From Octopus vulgaris (lineage: Eukaryota): a stretch of 64,000 nt of DNA. The position numbers were made by a program, and so were the translations under genes. Shown one piece after another: positions 13,908 through 26,122 of this stretch; position 1 is the stretch's first letter; the number at the start of each line of letters is the position of its first letter. Under the pieces are notes generated by a model, which did not search any database, was not told the DNA's origin, and was given only the letters and a program-made list of their open reading frames with translations. The stretch spans positions 18,228,001 to 18,292,000 of the forward strand of contig OX597833.1 in the NCBI GenBank assembly GCA_951406725.2, read 5' to 3'.

Positions 13908-13955
<48 letters not shown>

Positions 13956-14420
13956 ATCACGTGACCGACCAGGCTATCAGATGTTGCTACACATCGCTGG
14001 TCACAACCGATGCTGGTGTGTTTACGTCCCCGTAACTTAGCGGTTCGGCAAAACACACCGATAGAATAAGTACTAGGCTTACAAAGAATAAGTCCTGGGA
14101 TCGATTTGCTCGACTAAAGGCGGTGCTCCAGCCTGGCCGCTGTCAAATGACTGAAACAAGTAAAAGAGTAACTGCAGCGTAGGTGTTCTCTTTTTCACTG
14201 ATCTTCAGCTTTATATTAACATCCGCTGGGCAGTTAATTTGAAATTAGGCATCCTCGCTTCCAGCCTCGTGAACCCCATCATACCTATACATATACGCAT
14301 ACGACGCATACATAAGTACATACATACACACACACACGCACGCATTATTATGACCGCGTGTGTATCGTTGGCGATTTTCTTTCTCCGTTTTCCCTTCCTT
14401 GGATCTTTCCTTTTTTCTAT

Positions 14421-14455
14421 GCTTCTGACGAAGAGCTCCGCTCGAAACGTTAAAT
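14421..14455 (+). ncRNA. Minimal type-I hammerhead-ribozyme-like motif (FGF intron, sense)
   Basis: CTGACGA 14425-31, extra A, stem II GAGC/GCTC, GAAA 14444-47, palindromic AACGTT in place of stem III. Stem I is only 2 bp (tt/aa), so it is probably degenerate. Confidence 0.5.
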
Positions 14456-14808
14456 CCTCCTTCTTTCTTTCCTTTCCTGAGCATCCAATAGCACTATATA
14501 TGTTATATGTCCTCGCGTTGTTGTGTTTTCTCTTTGTTCATGTTTGGAGTAACTACATATATATATTTCGTTTTTGGATTTGGTTTGCAAGATTCTTTAT
14601 ATGAGTTCGTGTGTTGAAGCATATTCTGTTGTGTCTGGAGAGAGTCATTTTCTTTTTGTGCCTTATAATTTAACACACTCACCGGTAAAATTTCCACTTG
14701 TTTCTTATTTTTATTTTCACAAAATTTTCGTTGCGTCTTTACAACCTTTTCAATAGTCTTGACTCTGTCTGTTATTTACACTGCGTTCCTTTTGTTTGTT
14801 TGTGCGCA

Positions 14809-14847
<39 letters not shown>

Positions 14848-15089
14848 GTGTGGGCCTATGCATGCATGCACGTACATATGTATGTGTGCATGTATGTATG
14901 CATGTGTATGTATGTATATATGTGTGTGTGTACATCTGTATGTATGTGTCCTGTATATTCATGTACTTGCATGTCCGTGTTTGCGTATTTTCTACGTATG
15001 TGTGCGTGTGAGCGTGTGTTTGTATATGTATGCACCTCTGTCTCCTTGTGTGTATATACAGTATATATATATACATTTTTTACTGACAG

Positions 15090-15193
15090 CTTTGTTGCAG
15101 TTTGAAACAGTGGATACAGGAATAGTAACAATCAAAGGAGTGCAGAGCGGCCGATACTTGGCATTCAATAGCAAAGGAGTTTTATGTGGTGTG
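15090..15193 (+). CDS. FGF: FGF core exon 2 (104 bp)
   Basis: Acceptor tactgacag ends 15089 and donor GTG|GTAACT starts 15194. Length is the canonical 104 nt of the FGF middle exon. Encodes (A)LLQFETVDTGIVTIKGVQSGRYLAFNSKGVLCGV (FGF V-IKGV-S--YLAM---G-L motif). Phases 1/0 fit both neighbouring exons. Confidence 0.93.
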
Positions 15194-15699
15194 GTAACTA
15201 TATATTTTATTGCTTCTCTCTTCTTTTTTCATTGTCATTTTTATCTCTCTCCTTTCCCCTCTCTATCTTTCCCCCCTCTCTCTCTGTCATTGTGCATGTC
15301 TGCGTGTGTGGACGCAGGAGCCCTAGTGCTTAGGGTGTTGGGTTCAAGATCACGTGATTATGGTTTCAGTTCTCAGATCGGCGAAGTGTTGCGTTCTTGA
15401 GCAAGACACTTCATTTCCCGTTGCTCCAGTTCATTCATGTATAAAATGGATAACCCTATAACAGACTGGGTGTTTGCCTGCCCACCCAACCAGCTGGGTG
15501 GTACCATTCGAAAGCTACATCAATGTGACGAAGCCGTATTGTGTCTATAACAACGTCCAATAGATGTCGCTATAGAGACACAGAGGCACAGTGATATATA
15601 TATCCTGTTGTGTCACTTCCTTAGTTGTTCGCTCAGCGAAACTTATATTATTAATAATGTTTGTATCAATATTATGAACTAGCACTATGACCCGACAAC

Positions 15700-16018
15700 G
15701 CTGGATCATAGTGCTAGTGCATGCATATACAGCTGCGATTACTGTCCAAATCTCCAACCAATCACATACAGCTAGCTGGCATTCAATTGGCCGATCAAGT
15801 TTCGGGCATTTTGATTGGGTTTTGGATAGAAAATTCACAAAAAAGTCACTTTTATTGATTTTTTAATGGTTTTGCGGGGTGACTGGGGAAATGTATGTGC
15901 ACAACCATCCTTGGACGGTTTTGAATGACCATAGAAAGTGCGAGCCCTCTAACTGAAAAATTGTGGATTTGTATAAAGGACACATAGACAGACATTTTGC
16001 CGTTTATATAGAGAAAGA
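15700..16018 (-). mobile_element. Non-autonomous Helitron-like fragment in FGF intron 2
   Basis: Minus strand begins tctttctctatataaacggcaaaatgtctgtct, resembling the 5' end of the 7485 element and of 3245-3470. Confidence 0.4.
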
Positions 16019-16052
16019 TTAGATAAAACTTGCTGCTGTAAGCAATAGATAA

Positions 16053-16145
16053 ACACCAAGCATCGTCTCGTGGCACACCTAGCATCGTCTCGTGGTACAC
16101 CTAGCATCGTCTCGTGGCACACCTAGCATCGTCTCATGGCACACC
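16053..16145. repeat. 22-bp tandem repeat x4 in FGF intron 2
   Basis: Unit ACACCTAGCATCGTCTCGTGGC. Confidence 0.9.
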
Positions 16146-16284
16146 AGTGTGCCGCGACAAACCGATTGCAGAGCACTGATCTAAACAAAACGTTAATTAA
16201 TATTTCAAAATGCTAATTAATATTTCGACTTCCTTTCCTCAACTTATTCTTTACTTTCCATTTCCATTCTTTTTTTTTTTTCAG

Positions 16285-16470
16285 CCAACCAAAGATGAGT
16301 CTTGTTGTTTCCACGAAAGGATGAAAAGCCTATACACGCTTTACAAATCAGAGAAATATTCCAAGAAGAAATGGTTCCTTGCTATTAGCAAACGCGGCAG
16401 AATAAAGAACGGCAGAAAGTCACGAACACGAAAGAAACATTCCCAATTTTTACCAATAAAAGATATGTGA
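16285..16470 (+). CDS. FGF: FGF core exon 3 (terminal coding exon)
   Basis: Long polypyrimidine tract + cag ending 16284. PTKDESCCFHERMKSLYTLYKSEKYSKKKWFLAISKRGRIKNGRKSRTRKKHSQFLPIKDM* has the FGF C-F-E, Y--Y-S, W-LA--K-G and FLP motifs. TGA ends at 16470. Confidence 0.93.
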   Translation, partial: PTKDESCCFHERMKSLYTLYKSEKYSKKKWFLAISKRGRIKNGRKSRTRKKHSQFLPIKDM

Positions 16471-16703
16471 AGGAGTAACCAAGACGACCAGAATAAAGGA
16501 AATAACTAAAATAAATTATTGTAGCTGGAAAACAATAAAAACAAAAAACAAAAAGAAAGCCAAAAACAAACAAAATAACAAATAAAAATGAAAAATATTA
16601 TACAACAAACGAAAGAAAGTGAAACCTCTTGATCTATCAATGGTAAATTCTAGAATCATTTGTCTACCGTCCATTTATTAGAATTTCCTTCATTAATATA
16701 TAT

Positions 16704-16747
16704 ATAAGCTGACGAAGGCTAGCGGGCCGAAACTTCGAAGTCATTGT
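16704..16747 (+). ncRNA. Minimal type-I hammerhead-ribozyme motif downstream of the FGF stop
   Basis: CTGACGA 16709-15, extra A, stem II GGC/GCC, GAAA 16729-32, self-complementary stem III ACTTCGAAGT, GUC site with predicted cut after 16742. Stem I ataag/attgt has a mismatch at the first pair. AATAAA at 16769. Confidence 0.65.
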
Positions 16748-16872
16748 CACCCTTTCTTGTAAAGATTTAATAAACATATTCTTTACTAAAATGTGCAAAT
16801 GTTCGGAATAATTTTTCAATTTAATATTGGAGTATTTTTTTTACATATAACTTGACATAAAAACAAACATTA

Positions 16873-16873
<1 letters not shown>

Positions 16874-16903
<30 letters not shown>

Positions 16904-17520
16904 TGTATGTATGTATGTATGTATGTATGTATGCATGCATGCATGCATGCATGCATGTATGTATGTATGTATGTATGTATGTATGCATGTATGTATGTAT
17001 GTATGTATGTATGAATGTATGTATTTATGTATGCATGTATGTATGTATTAATGTATGTATGTATGCATGTATGTGTGTATGTATGTATGTATTTATGTAT
17101 GTATGTATGTATGTATGTATGTATGCATTCATGTATGTATGTATGTATGAATGTATGTATGTATGTATGTGTGTATGTATGAATGTATGTATGTATTTAT
17201 GTATGTATGTATGAATGAATGTATGTATGTATTTATGTATGCATGTATGTATGTATGTATGTACGTACGTACGTATGTATGCATGCATGTATGTATGTAT
17301 GTATGTATGTATGTATGTATGTATGTATGTATGTATGTATGTATGTATGTATGTATGTATGTATGTATGTATGTATGTATGTATGTATGTATGTATGTAT
17401 GTACGTACGTATGTATGTATGTGTGTGTGTATGTATGTATGTATGTATGTATGTATGTATGTATGTATGTATGTATGTATGTATTTATGTATGTATGTAT
17501 GTATGTATGTATGCATGTAC
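16874..17520. repeat. Long imperfect (TATG)n microsatellite
   Basis: Direct reading. Source of the MYVC ORFs. Confidence 0.95.
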
Positions 17521-17696
17521 GTACGCAATTAAGTGTATATATGTGGTGTGCCACGTAAAATCATCCTTTGAAATCTTTGTTCGTCATCTCACTAGAAGCT
17601 TCCTATCTTTGAGAATTGTGTTTTTCTATTGTTTTGTGATTCACTCTGGAGCAAACTTATTGCATATGTCATGCATGATCGTCACAAAGTGCTGTA

Positions 17697-18246
17697 TGAT
17701 CGTCATAAGTGCTGTAGCATTATAATCGTCATAAGTGCTGTAGCTTTATGATCGTCATAAGTGCTGTAGCTTTATGATCGTCATAAGTGCTGTTGCTTTA
17801 TGATCGTCATAAAGTGCTGTAGCTTTATGATCGTCATAAAGTGCTGTAGCTTTATGATCGTCATAAGTGCTGTAGCTTTATGATCGTAATAAGTACTGTA
17901 GCTTTATGATCGTCATAAAGTGCTGTAGCTTTATGATCGTCATAAAGTGCTGTTGCTTTATGATCGTCATAAGTGCTGTAGCTTTATGATCGTCATAAAT
18001 GCTGTAGCTTTATGATCGTCATAAAGTACTGTAGCTTTATGATCGTCATAAGTGCTGTAGCTTTATGATCGTAATAAGTACTGTAGCTTTATGATCGTCA
18101 TAAGTGCTGTAGCTTTATGATCGTGATAAAGTGCTGTAGCTTTATGATCGTCATAAAGTACTGTAGCTTTATGATCGTCATACGTGCTGCAGCTTTATGA
18201 TCGTCATAAAGTGCTGTAGCTTTATGATCGCCATAAGTGCTGTAGC
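17697..18246. repeat. 26-27-bp minisatellite, about 20 copies
   Basis: Unit TGATCGTCATA(A)AGTGCTGTAGCTTTA repeated head to tail without spacers. Confidence 0.95.
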
Positions 18247-19301
18247 TATGTGTAGAGCGATTGGTAGACGAGTTCTGTTCCAAGACTACTTTCTGAATAC
18301 CTTTCCAATCAGCCTTATGAAAGTTCAGACAGGAAAGGAGTTGAGTGCTTCTCGTAGCCTGCACACCTGCAATTCTCTGTGGACTATACATTGTTAGTTC
18401 TATTAAGCTCGGGTCCGAGAAAATAGCCATTGTCACCGTAACATTATGGATGAGCGTTGAGTTATTTGTGAAGCCAAGGTTCAGAACATTTTTACCATTT
18501 TCTCACCATTAAATGCGCCATTTAATGTCTCTCAGGTGAACTTCCATTCGTTGTTATTTGTTTATTATTCACCTTACTCGGAATCTGCAATTTAACGTGG
18601 ATCTGGAAATTTATATCTAGCAGTATATCTTCCTCCATTTCTAAGTTAAGAGTAAAAATAAAGCAACCCTGCAATACACAACTGATTTTCACTCACAGAC
18701 GCACAGAATAACAACAATCAAATAACGACAGCAGAGTGCACAACAAACATCGGCGATCTGACTGTCGCCTGTACTCTCGACACGAGAATTAGCCTTTTAC
18801 ATCTATCAGTCTTTTACACCTACCAGGCTTGTTCGTATAAGCCCGAGTTGTTGGATAATTTTCTGTTCCTTTAAGTAGATTGTAGAACGGAAACTTTTCA
18901 TAGATTGGAATTTAAATCCTAATCTCTATAGAAATTTATTGTTTCTAGAAAAAATTGAATTTGAACTACTTTAAATTTTTGCGATTATAGATACAACTCG
19001 GGCTGTAACTTCTGAGCCCGTGTCAGGCGCATGTGAACGATGTCGAGAGAACGTCTGCTACGAATGATATTTTTTGACACGGGGCATCTCTAAGACGACC
19101 GCCAGACGTTGACTAAAATAAATGAACTAAGACCGGGCTTGATAAAAGGTGCCCGAGTTATTGGCTGAAATTACATACAAATACACGTTCACTTTACTAA
19201 ATTTATACTCGGGCTACGCCCAAACGGACTAAGTGCCGGAGTCGCAACTGGTATATATATATATATATATATATATATACCACACATATATATATATATA
19301 T

Positions 19302-19348
<47 letters not shown>

Positions 19349-19418
19349 TACCGGTTGCTACTCCGGCGCTCAGGCTGTTTATTATCAATTTATCAGCAAA
19401 AGGTCAGTTTCTTCTTAT

Positions 19419-19479
<61 letters not shown>

Positions 19480-20527
19480 ATATAGGCCTGGCTGTGTGGT
19501 AAAAAGCTTCCGTTCCAACCACATGGTTCCGGGTTCAGTCCCACTGCGTGGTACCTTGGGCAAATGTTTTCTACTATAGCCTCGACCGACCAAAAGCTTG
19601 TGAGTGGATTTGGTAGACAGAAACTAAAAGAAGCCCGTCGTGTATATATATATGTGTGTGTGTATGTGTGTGTGCGTGTGTGTTTGTGCGTGCGTGTGTG
19701 TGTGAGTGTGTGTGTGTGCGTGCGTGTGTGTGCGTGCGTGTGCGCGCGCGTATATATATATATATGTATTTAGGTATTTCTGTGTTTCTGTGTCAGTGTT
19801 TGTCCCCGCACCATCACTTGACAACCAATGTTGGTGTGTTATGTCCCCGTGATCTAGCCGCCCGGCAAATGACACCGATAGAATAAGTACAAGGCTTACA
19901 AAAAATAAGTCCTGGGGTTGATTTGTTCGACTAAAACCCCGCAAGGTGGTGCTCCAGCATGGCCGTAATCAAAAAAAAATAATCGAAACAAATAAAAGTG
20001 GCAAGTAGCTTGCTTATCAACCACATGGTTCTGGTTTCAGTCCCACTGCGTGGTACCTTGTAATATCTTTACGGTCTTGCCTTTGAGACCATATATGTGC
20101 GTATCCAAACACTATATATATAGTGGCTGTGTGGTAAGTAGCTTGCTTACGAACCACATGGTTCCGGGTTCAGTCCCACTGCGTGGCGCCTTGGGCAAGT
20201 GTCTTCTACAATAACCTCGAACCGACCGAAGCCTTGTGAGTGGATTTGGTAGATGGAAACTGAAAGAAGCCCGTCGTATATATATGTCAATGTATATATA
20301 TGTGTGTGTGTGTGTTTCTGTGTCTGTGTTTCTCCCCCCAACATCGCTTGACAGCAGATGCTGGTGTGTTTGCGTCCCCATAACTTAGCGGTTCGGCAAA
20401 AGATATCGATAGAATAAGTACTAGGCTTACAAAGAATAAGTCATGGTGTCGAATTGCTCGACTAAAGGCGGTGCTCCAGCATGGCCGCAGTGAAATGACT
20501 GAAAGAAGTAAAAAATAGTAAAAATAT

Positions 20528-20604
<77 letters not shown>

Positions 20605-21646
20605 AATGAATGTTTTTATATATAATGAACGTGAAATACAGGAAGGGACGAACACGGAACACAGACAAATCATTCGAAGCCTTCAATCTTCAGTCAGACA
20701 CCGAATCATCATAGCAAATTTCGGCTGTTCAATTCTGATATTTGCTCCAACTCGGCCAGCCCCAAGAAAAAAAAAAAAACTAAGCTGTAAGCATTAGATT
20801 TCTTGGTAGAAGACAGGAATGTGAACGCACAAGACGGATGTGAATACAAGAGACGAAAACGAAATTGAAAACAGTAATGAATAAACAAAATATATATAAC
20901 GGTGGTTGTCATACGACTTTAGACCAAATGAGACAAAAACACAACAACAACATAGCTGGTGTAGAAATAATTACCGTTTCGGTAGCGGGGACACATGTTG
21001 GTCGAGATACGAAGGCCAACAGAATGGTTTAAGAAGCAGCAGGTCGCAGGAGAGAGAGAAAGAGAGACAGAGAGAGAGGGAATCAAAGAGGGTGGAAGGC
21101 AGGGGACAGAATCAGTGACCAAGAGAAAAGGAGAAAGAAGGGATTAAGGAGGATGGGAGGAAGAGGGGAGGAGGATGGGAGGAAGAGAGGGGAAGAATCG
21201 GAGGGCGCCAAAAAGTTTGGTGAAGAAGCAATGGCGGGTAGTAAAAGACAGTGTGTATAGAAGTCGTGCAGGGTTTAAAATTGGACAAACAAACGGGGGG
21301 GGGGGGTGCACGTAACGCCGCAATAATATAAGAATGAATGTTTTTATATATAATGAACGTGAAATACAGGAAGGGACGAACACGGAACACAGACAAATCA
21401 TTCGAAGCCTTCAATCTTCAGTCAGACACCGAATCATCATAGCAAATTTCGGCTGTTCAATTCTGATATTTGCTCCAACTCGGCCAGCCCCAAGAAAAAA
21501 AACTAAGCTGTAAGCATTAGATTTCTTGGTAGAAGACAGGAATGTGAACGCACAAGACGGATGTGAATACAAGAGACGAAAACGAAATTGAAAACAGTAA
21601 TGAATAAACAAAATATATATAACGGTGGTTGTCATACGACTTTAGA
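20605..21646 (-). mobile_element. Non-coding element with ~315-bp direct terminal repeats (retrozyme/Penelope-like), inserted in (TA)n
   Basis: 20605-20923 is nearly identical to 21333-21646 (period 728 bp) around a ~410-bp purine-rich spacer. Flanked by (TA)n, with no TG..CA LTR ends and no protein ORF. Confidence 0.6.
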
Positions 21647-21655
21647 TGTATATAA

Positions 21656-21722
<67 letters not shown>

Positions 21723-21922
21723 AAACAACAGGACTCTTTTAAAGGTGTTGAGGTATATTTTGAGGCTGATTTAACTGCTACTTCTAGTAAGAAATTCAAA
21801 CAGGCATTAGTTGTGTATTTAACATTTGCCCAAAGTGCCACGCAGTGAGACTGAGCCGGAACCAAGTGGTTGGAAAGGAAGATTTTTACCACACAGCCAG
21901 GCCACAGCCAGGCTATATATAT

Positions 21923-21998
<76 letters not shown>

Positions 21999-22209
21999 GT
22001 ACTTGTTTCAGTCATTTGACTGCGGCCATGCTGGAGCACCGCCTTTAGAGTGGTGAAAGAGTACAGCAGGGATCACCACCTCCTGCTGGAGCCTCGTGGA
22101 GCTTTTAGGTGTTTTTTCGCTCAATAAACACACACAACGCCCGGTCTGGGAATCGAAACCGCGATCCTCCGACCGCAAGTCCGCTGCCCTAACCATATAT
22201 ATATATAAA

Positions 22210-22242
<33 letters not shown>

Positions 22243-22280
22243 AAGATTTTTACCACACAGCCAGGCCTATATATATATAC

Positions 22281-22395
<115 letters not shown>

Positions 22396-22427
22396 ATATA
22401 TATAGGCCCTGGCTGTGTGGTAAAAAT

Positions 22428-22468
<41 letters not shown>

Positions 22469-22498
22469 TCTTTTAGCTACTTACCACACAGCCACATA

Positions 22499-22617
<119 letters not shown>

Positions 22618-23019
22618 TTTATGTGGCTGTGTGGTAAGTAGCTTGCTAACCAACCACATGGTTCCGGGTTCAGTCCCACTGCGTGGCATCTTGGGCAAGT
22701 GTCTTCTGCTATAGCCCCGGGCCGACCAATGCCTTGTGAGTGGATTTGGTAGACGGAAACTGAAAGAAGCCTGTCGTATATATGTATATATATATATGTA
22801 TGTGTGTGTATTTGTGTGTCTGTGTTTGTCCCCCTAGCATTGCTTGACAACCGATGCTGGTGTGTTTACGTCCCCGTCACTTAGCGGTTCGGCAAAAGAG
22901 ACCGATAGAATAAGTACTGGGCTTACAAAGAATAAGTCCCGGGGTCGATTTGCTAGACTAAAGGTGGTGTTCCAGCATGACCGCAGTCAAATGACTGAAA
23001 CAAGTAAAAGAGTAAAAGA

Positions 23020-23072
<53 letters not shown>

Positions 23073-23874
23073 ATAAGAAGAAACTGACCTTATTATTATT
23101 GTGTTTTCGTGGCTATAGTAGAAGTCATCTGCACAAGGTACCACGCAGTGGGACTGAAACCAGAACCATCTGGTTGATAAGCAAGCTACTAGCCACAGGT
23201 AATTTTAGTGATGGGAGATGGGAGAAAACTATAATTGCTCTGAGAATAAATTTCCTCAGTCGCCTCCCCTGCTTGCTAAATTTACTAAAATATTATTTCA
23301 TTGATATTTTGTATTTCTCCATCACATTATTACACATATCCCCTTTTGTCACTAATTCTTTCTTCACTGATGCTCGCGATAATACGGTTCGCTAATACTG
23401 AACTGTGTTATGCTTATCACGAATTGATTTTAAATAATACGAATCACGAAAATCCGTTACAATTTCCTCTCACAATGCTCATAAAAACTTGGGGACTCAG
23501 AGCGAAAATTTACGTCTTATCCATATCAACGATTATTCATTTATCACTGATTCATAACTTCTTTTTCTTTTAATCAGAAGACAAACCAAACATCTGCGAT
23601 AAATGAGGATAGACGTATTTCTATTCAAATTCTACTATTTCCTGCACTGGTTATAACAGCAATTTTTCATGGCCGTTAGTTTCTCCTCCGTGATTTATTT
23701 ACCATAAATATTAAGTGATTATAAAATAGCAAATGTTGGAAAGATTCAATTTCAGGGAAGTGATACAATTTAAAATCTTCGATTGCAAAACACTTTATTT
23801 TTCTCCACTAAAATTCCTGATAGCCTTATAGAAATCATAAGCATCCCATTCTCAATGTAATTATAGTACATAAG

Positions 23875-23937
<63 letters not shown>

Positions 23938-24275
23938 GAGTGAGAGAGCAGTGCATGCCATCAAAGTGTCACTGGGGTAAACTATACGAAGCCAAGTATA
24001 CCCATCATGACTACCCGTCTGATAAAGGTACACTAGGCACATGCATCACAACCATATGTGCACGACATGGTGATCTCATATCAAGATAAACAGCACATGA
24101 CCTTGCAGGTGGGGCCCAGTTAGAATTTTCTTCTGGTCGAGTAACCCAACCCGCTCAAAAGGTCCCTGAATAAGGATTGTTTAAGGATGTTGAACAAAAC
24201 ATCCCTGTTTCCAAAGGTGAATTATCTAAACCTCTAAGAATTCCTTTCAACACACGGTTATGATGCTCCCCCACT
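23938..24275. mobile_element. ~340-bp non-coding insertion flanked on both sides by (TTA)n
   Basis: Complex sequence precisely bounded by (TTA)n at 23876-23937 and 24276-24352. No ORF and no TIR. Confidence 0.5.
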
Positions 24276-24289
24276 TATTATTATTATTA

Positions 24290-24353
<64 letters not shown>

Positions 24354-24706
24354 TTCTTACTTTCTTTTCCTTAATCTCTCTTCTTTCTCTTTTTTCTCTT
24401 CTTTTTCTCTTTCTTTATTCCTCTCTTCCTGTTTTCGATTTGACCCTACTAATACACTTCCTATTTTTAGGTCACTTTAAATAAAACCCTTCATTCAATA
24501 ACACTGTGTGTAAACTCTATACTTGGAATGACCAATTTTAAATACTATTGGATTTTTGGAATCTTATATGTATACTATTCTGCCTAAAAAATGGATCTAC
24601 AAATACAATATCCCTACATATCTCACATCTTATTTTCTTTCCTCCACCTCACTCTCTATTTTATATCTTATCTAAATTAACTATTTCTTAACCATCCTCT
24701 CACACC

Positions 24707-24754
24707 GTCTCCGATGAAGGGATATTTATTATATCCTGGAAACAGCTGTAAGAC
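24707..24754 (+). ncRNA. Hammerhead-ribozyme motif with a U4C core change
   Basis: Stem I GTCT/AGAC, core CCGATGA 24711-17, stem II GGGATAT/ATATCCT, GAAA, palindromic stem III ACAGCTGT, GUA site (cut after 24750). Confidence 0.6.
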
Positions 24755-24974
24755 CTCCTATCTATAAATGTTCTAAAATCTACACAGCCTTGGTTTTTTA
24801 TCTCATTACGAAAAAAAAATTATATACACACGCTGACATATGACCAACGTTGAACCCCTTATTCGCATAATCACCGAACCTGGAACTTAACTATGGTCTA
24901 TCTATAGCACTTATTCAGCATTACCTGACACCTTTGGGTCTCAATGACACCATTACCTCTCATAACCTATTCTC

Positions 24975-25176
24975 TTTTACTCTTTTACTCTTTTACTTGT
25001 TTCAGTCATTTGACTGCGGCCATGCTGGAGCACCGCCTTTAGTCGAGCAAATCGACCCCGGGACTTATTCTTTGTAAGCCCAGTACTTATTATATCGGTC
25101 TTTTTTGCCGAACAGCTAAGTGACGGGATGTAAACACACCAGCATTGGTTGTCAAGCAATGCTAGGGGGACAAACA

Positions 25177-25270
<94 letters not shown>

Positions 25271-25442
25271 CATATATACGACAGGCTTCTTTCAGTTTCC
25301 GTCTACCAAATTCACTCACAAGGCATTGGTCGGCCCGGGGCTATAGCAGAAGACACTTGCCCAAGATGCCACGCAGTGGGACTGAACCCGGAACCATGTG
25401 GTTGGTAAGCAAGCTACTTACCACACAGCCACTCCTGCGCCT
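24975..25442 (-). mobile_element. SINE family B, minus-strand copy
   Basis: Reverse complement of 32553-32968. Other minus copies at ~4280-4660, 34755-35250, 45345-45770, 46705-47155, 51822-52294. Confidence 0.8.
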
Positions 25443-25517
25443 ATATATATATATATATTATTGGTGAATTGAAGAAATGGAGCTGAACGCAGATTGAACA
25501 GAAATCGTTTTATTTCA

Positions 25518-25596
25518 TTCTACACGTGTTTCGAAAGGCACAATTTACCAAAATAGATTGAATAATGGGACCATATTGTGTCTTTCTCTTCAGGAA
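25518..25596 (-). ncRNA. Inverted copy of the 25765-25844 hammerhead motif
   Basis: Reverse complement of the same core and stems in the left arm of the palindrome (tcttcag at 25587-93, tacacgtgtttc at 25521-32). Confidence 0.72.
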
Positions 25597-25764
25597 GAAA
25601 ATAGGAAATCCGTTGGAAAAAACAAAAACAGAACAGAGGCGGAGCAAAAACAAATCGAATTAGGCTCCTAAGAGCCCATGGCGAAACTCTTAGGAGCCTA
25701 GTTCGATTTGTTTTTGCTCCGCCTCTGTTCTGTTTTTGTTTTTTCCAACGGATTTCCTATTTTC

Positions 25765-25844
25765 TTCCTGAAGAGAAAGACACAATATGGTCCCATTATT
25801 CAATCGGATTTTGGTAAATTGTGCCTTTCGAAACACGTGTAGAA
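25765..25844 (+). ncRNA. Type-I hammerhead ribozyme motif with intact core
   Basis: Stem I TTC/GAA, CTGAAGA 25768-74, stem II GAAAGACACAAT/ATTGTGCCTTTC (11 of 12 pairs), GAAA 25830-33, palindromic stem III ACACGTGT, GUA site (cut after 25841), then AATAAA. Confidence 0.75.
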
Positions 25845-26057
25845 TGAAATAAAACGATTTCTGTTCAATCTGCGTTCAGCTCCATTTCTTCAATTCACCA
25901 ATAATATTTTAATTTCAATTATCCGCACCAACGCACGGTTGCAACACCATATGGTTGTACCTCCAACCGTGCTGTTTACTGCTGTGATTTTTGCTACTAA
26001 GGTATCGGTTAAACTTTTGATTAATCTACTACAAGATTATTCATCTTTCTATTTCAC

Positions 26058-26122
<65 letters not shown>

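Larger units (their letters stand above)
25455..26060 (+). mobile_element. Penelope-like terminal-repeat fragment with 5' inverted partial copy, inserted in (TA)n
   Basis: ~220-bp inverted arms (25455-25674 / 25687-25907) with a 12-nt spacer, a hammerhead in each arm, a ~150-bp unpaired tail, and (TA)n on both sides. An inverted partial pLTR is a known Penelope configuration. Confidence 0.6.

Noticed and set aside
16879-17725. Long ORFs such as MYVC.., YIYI.., HTHT.., LSIY.. here and throughout the ORF track
   Set aside because: Translations of microsatellites that lack stop codons by composition.
17697-18246. CRISPR-like regular repeat
   Set aside because: Units are contiguous with no unique spacers, there are no cas genes, and the context is eukaryotic. 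It is a minisatellite.
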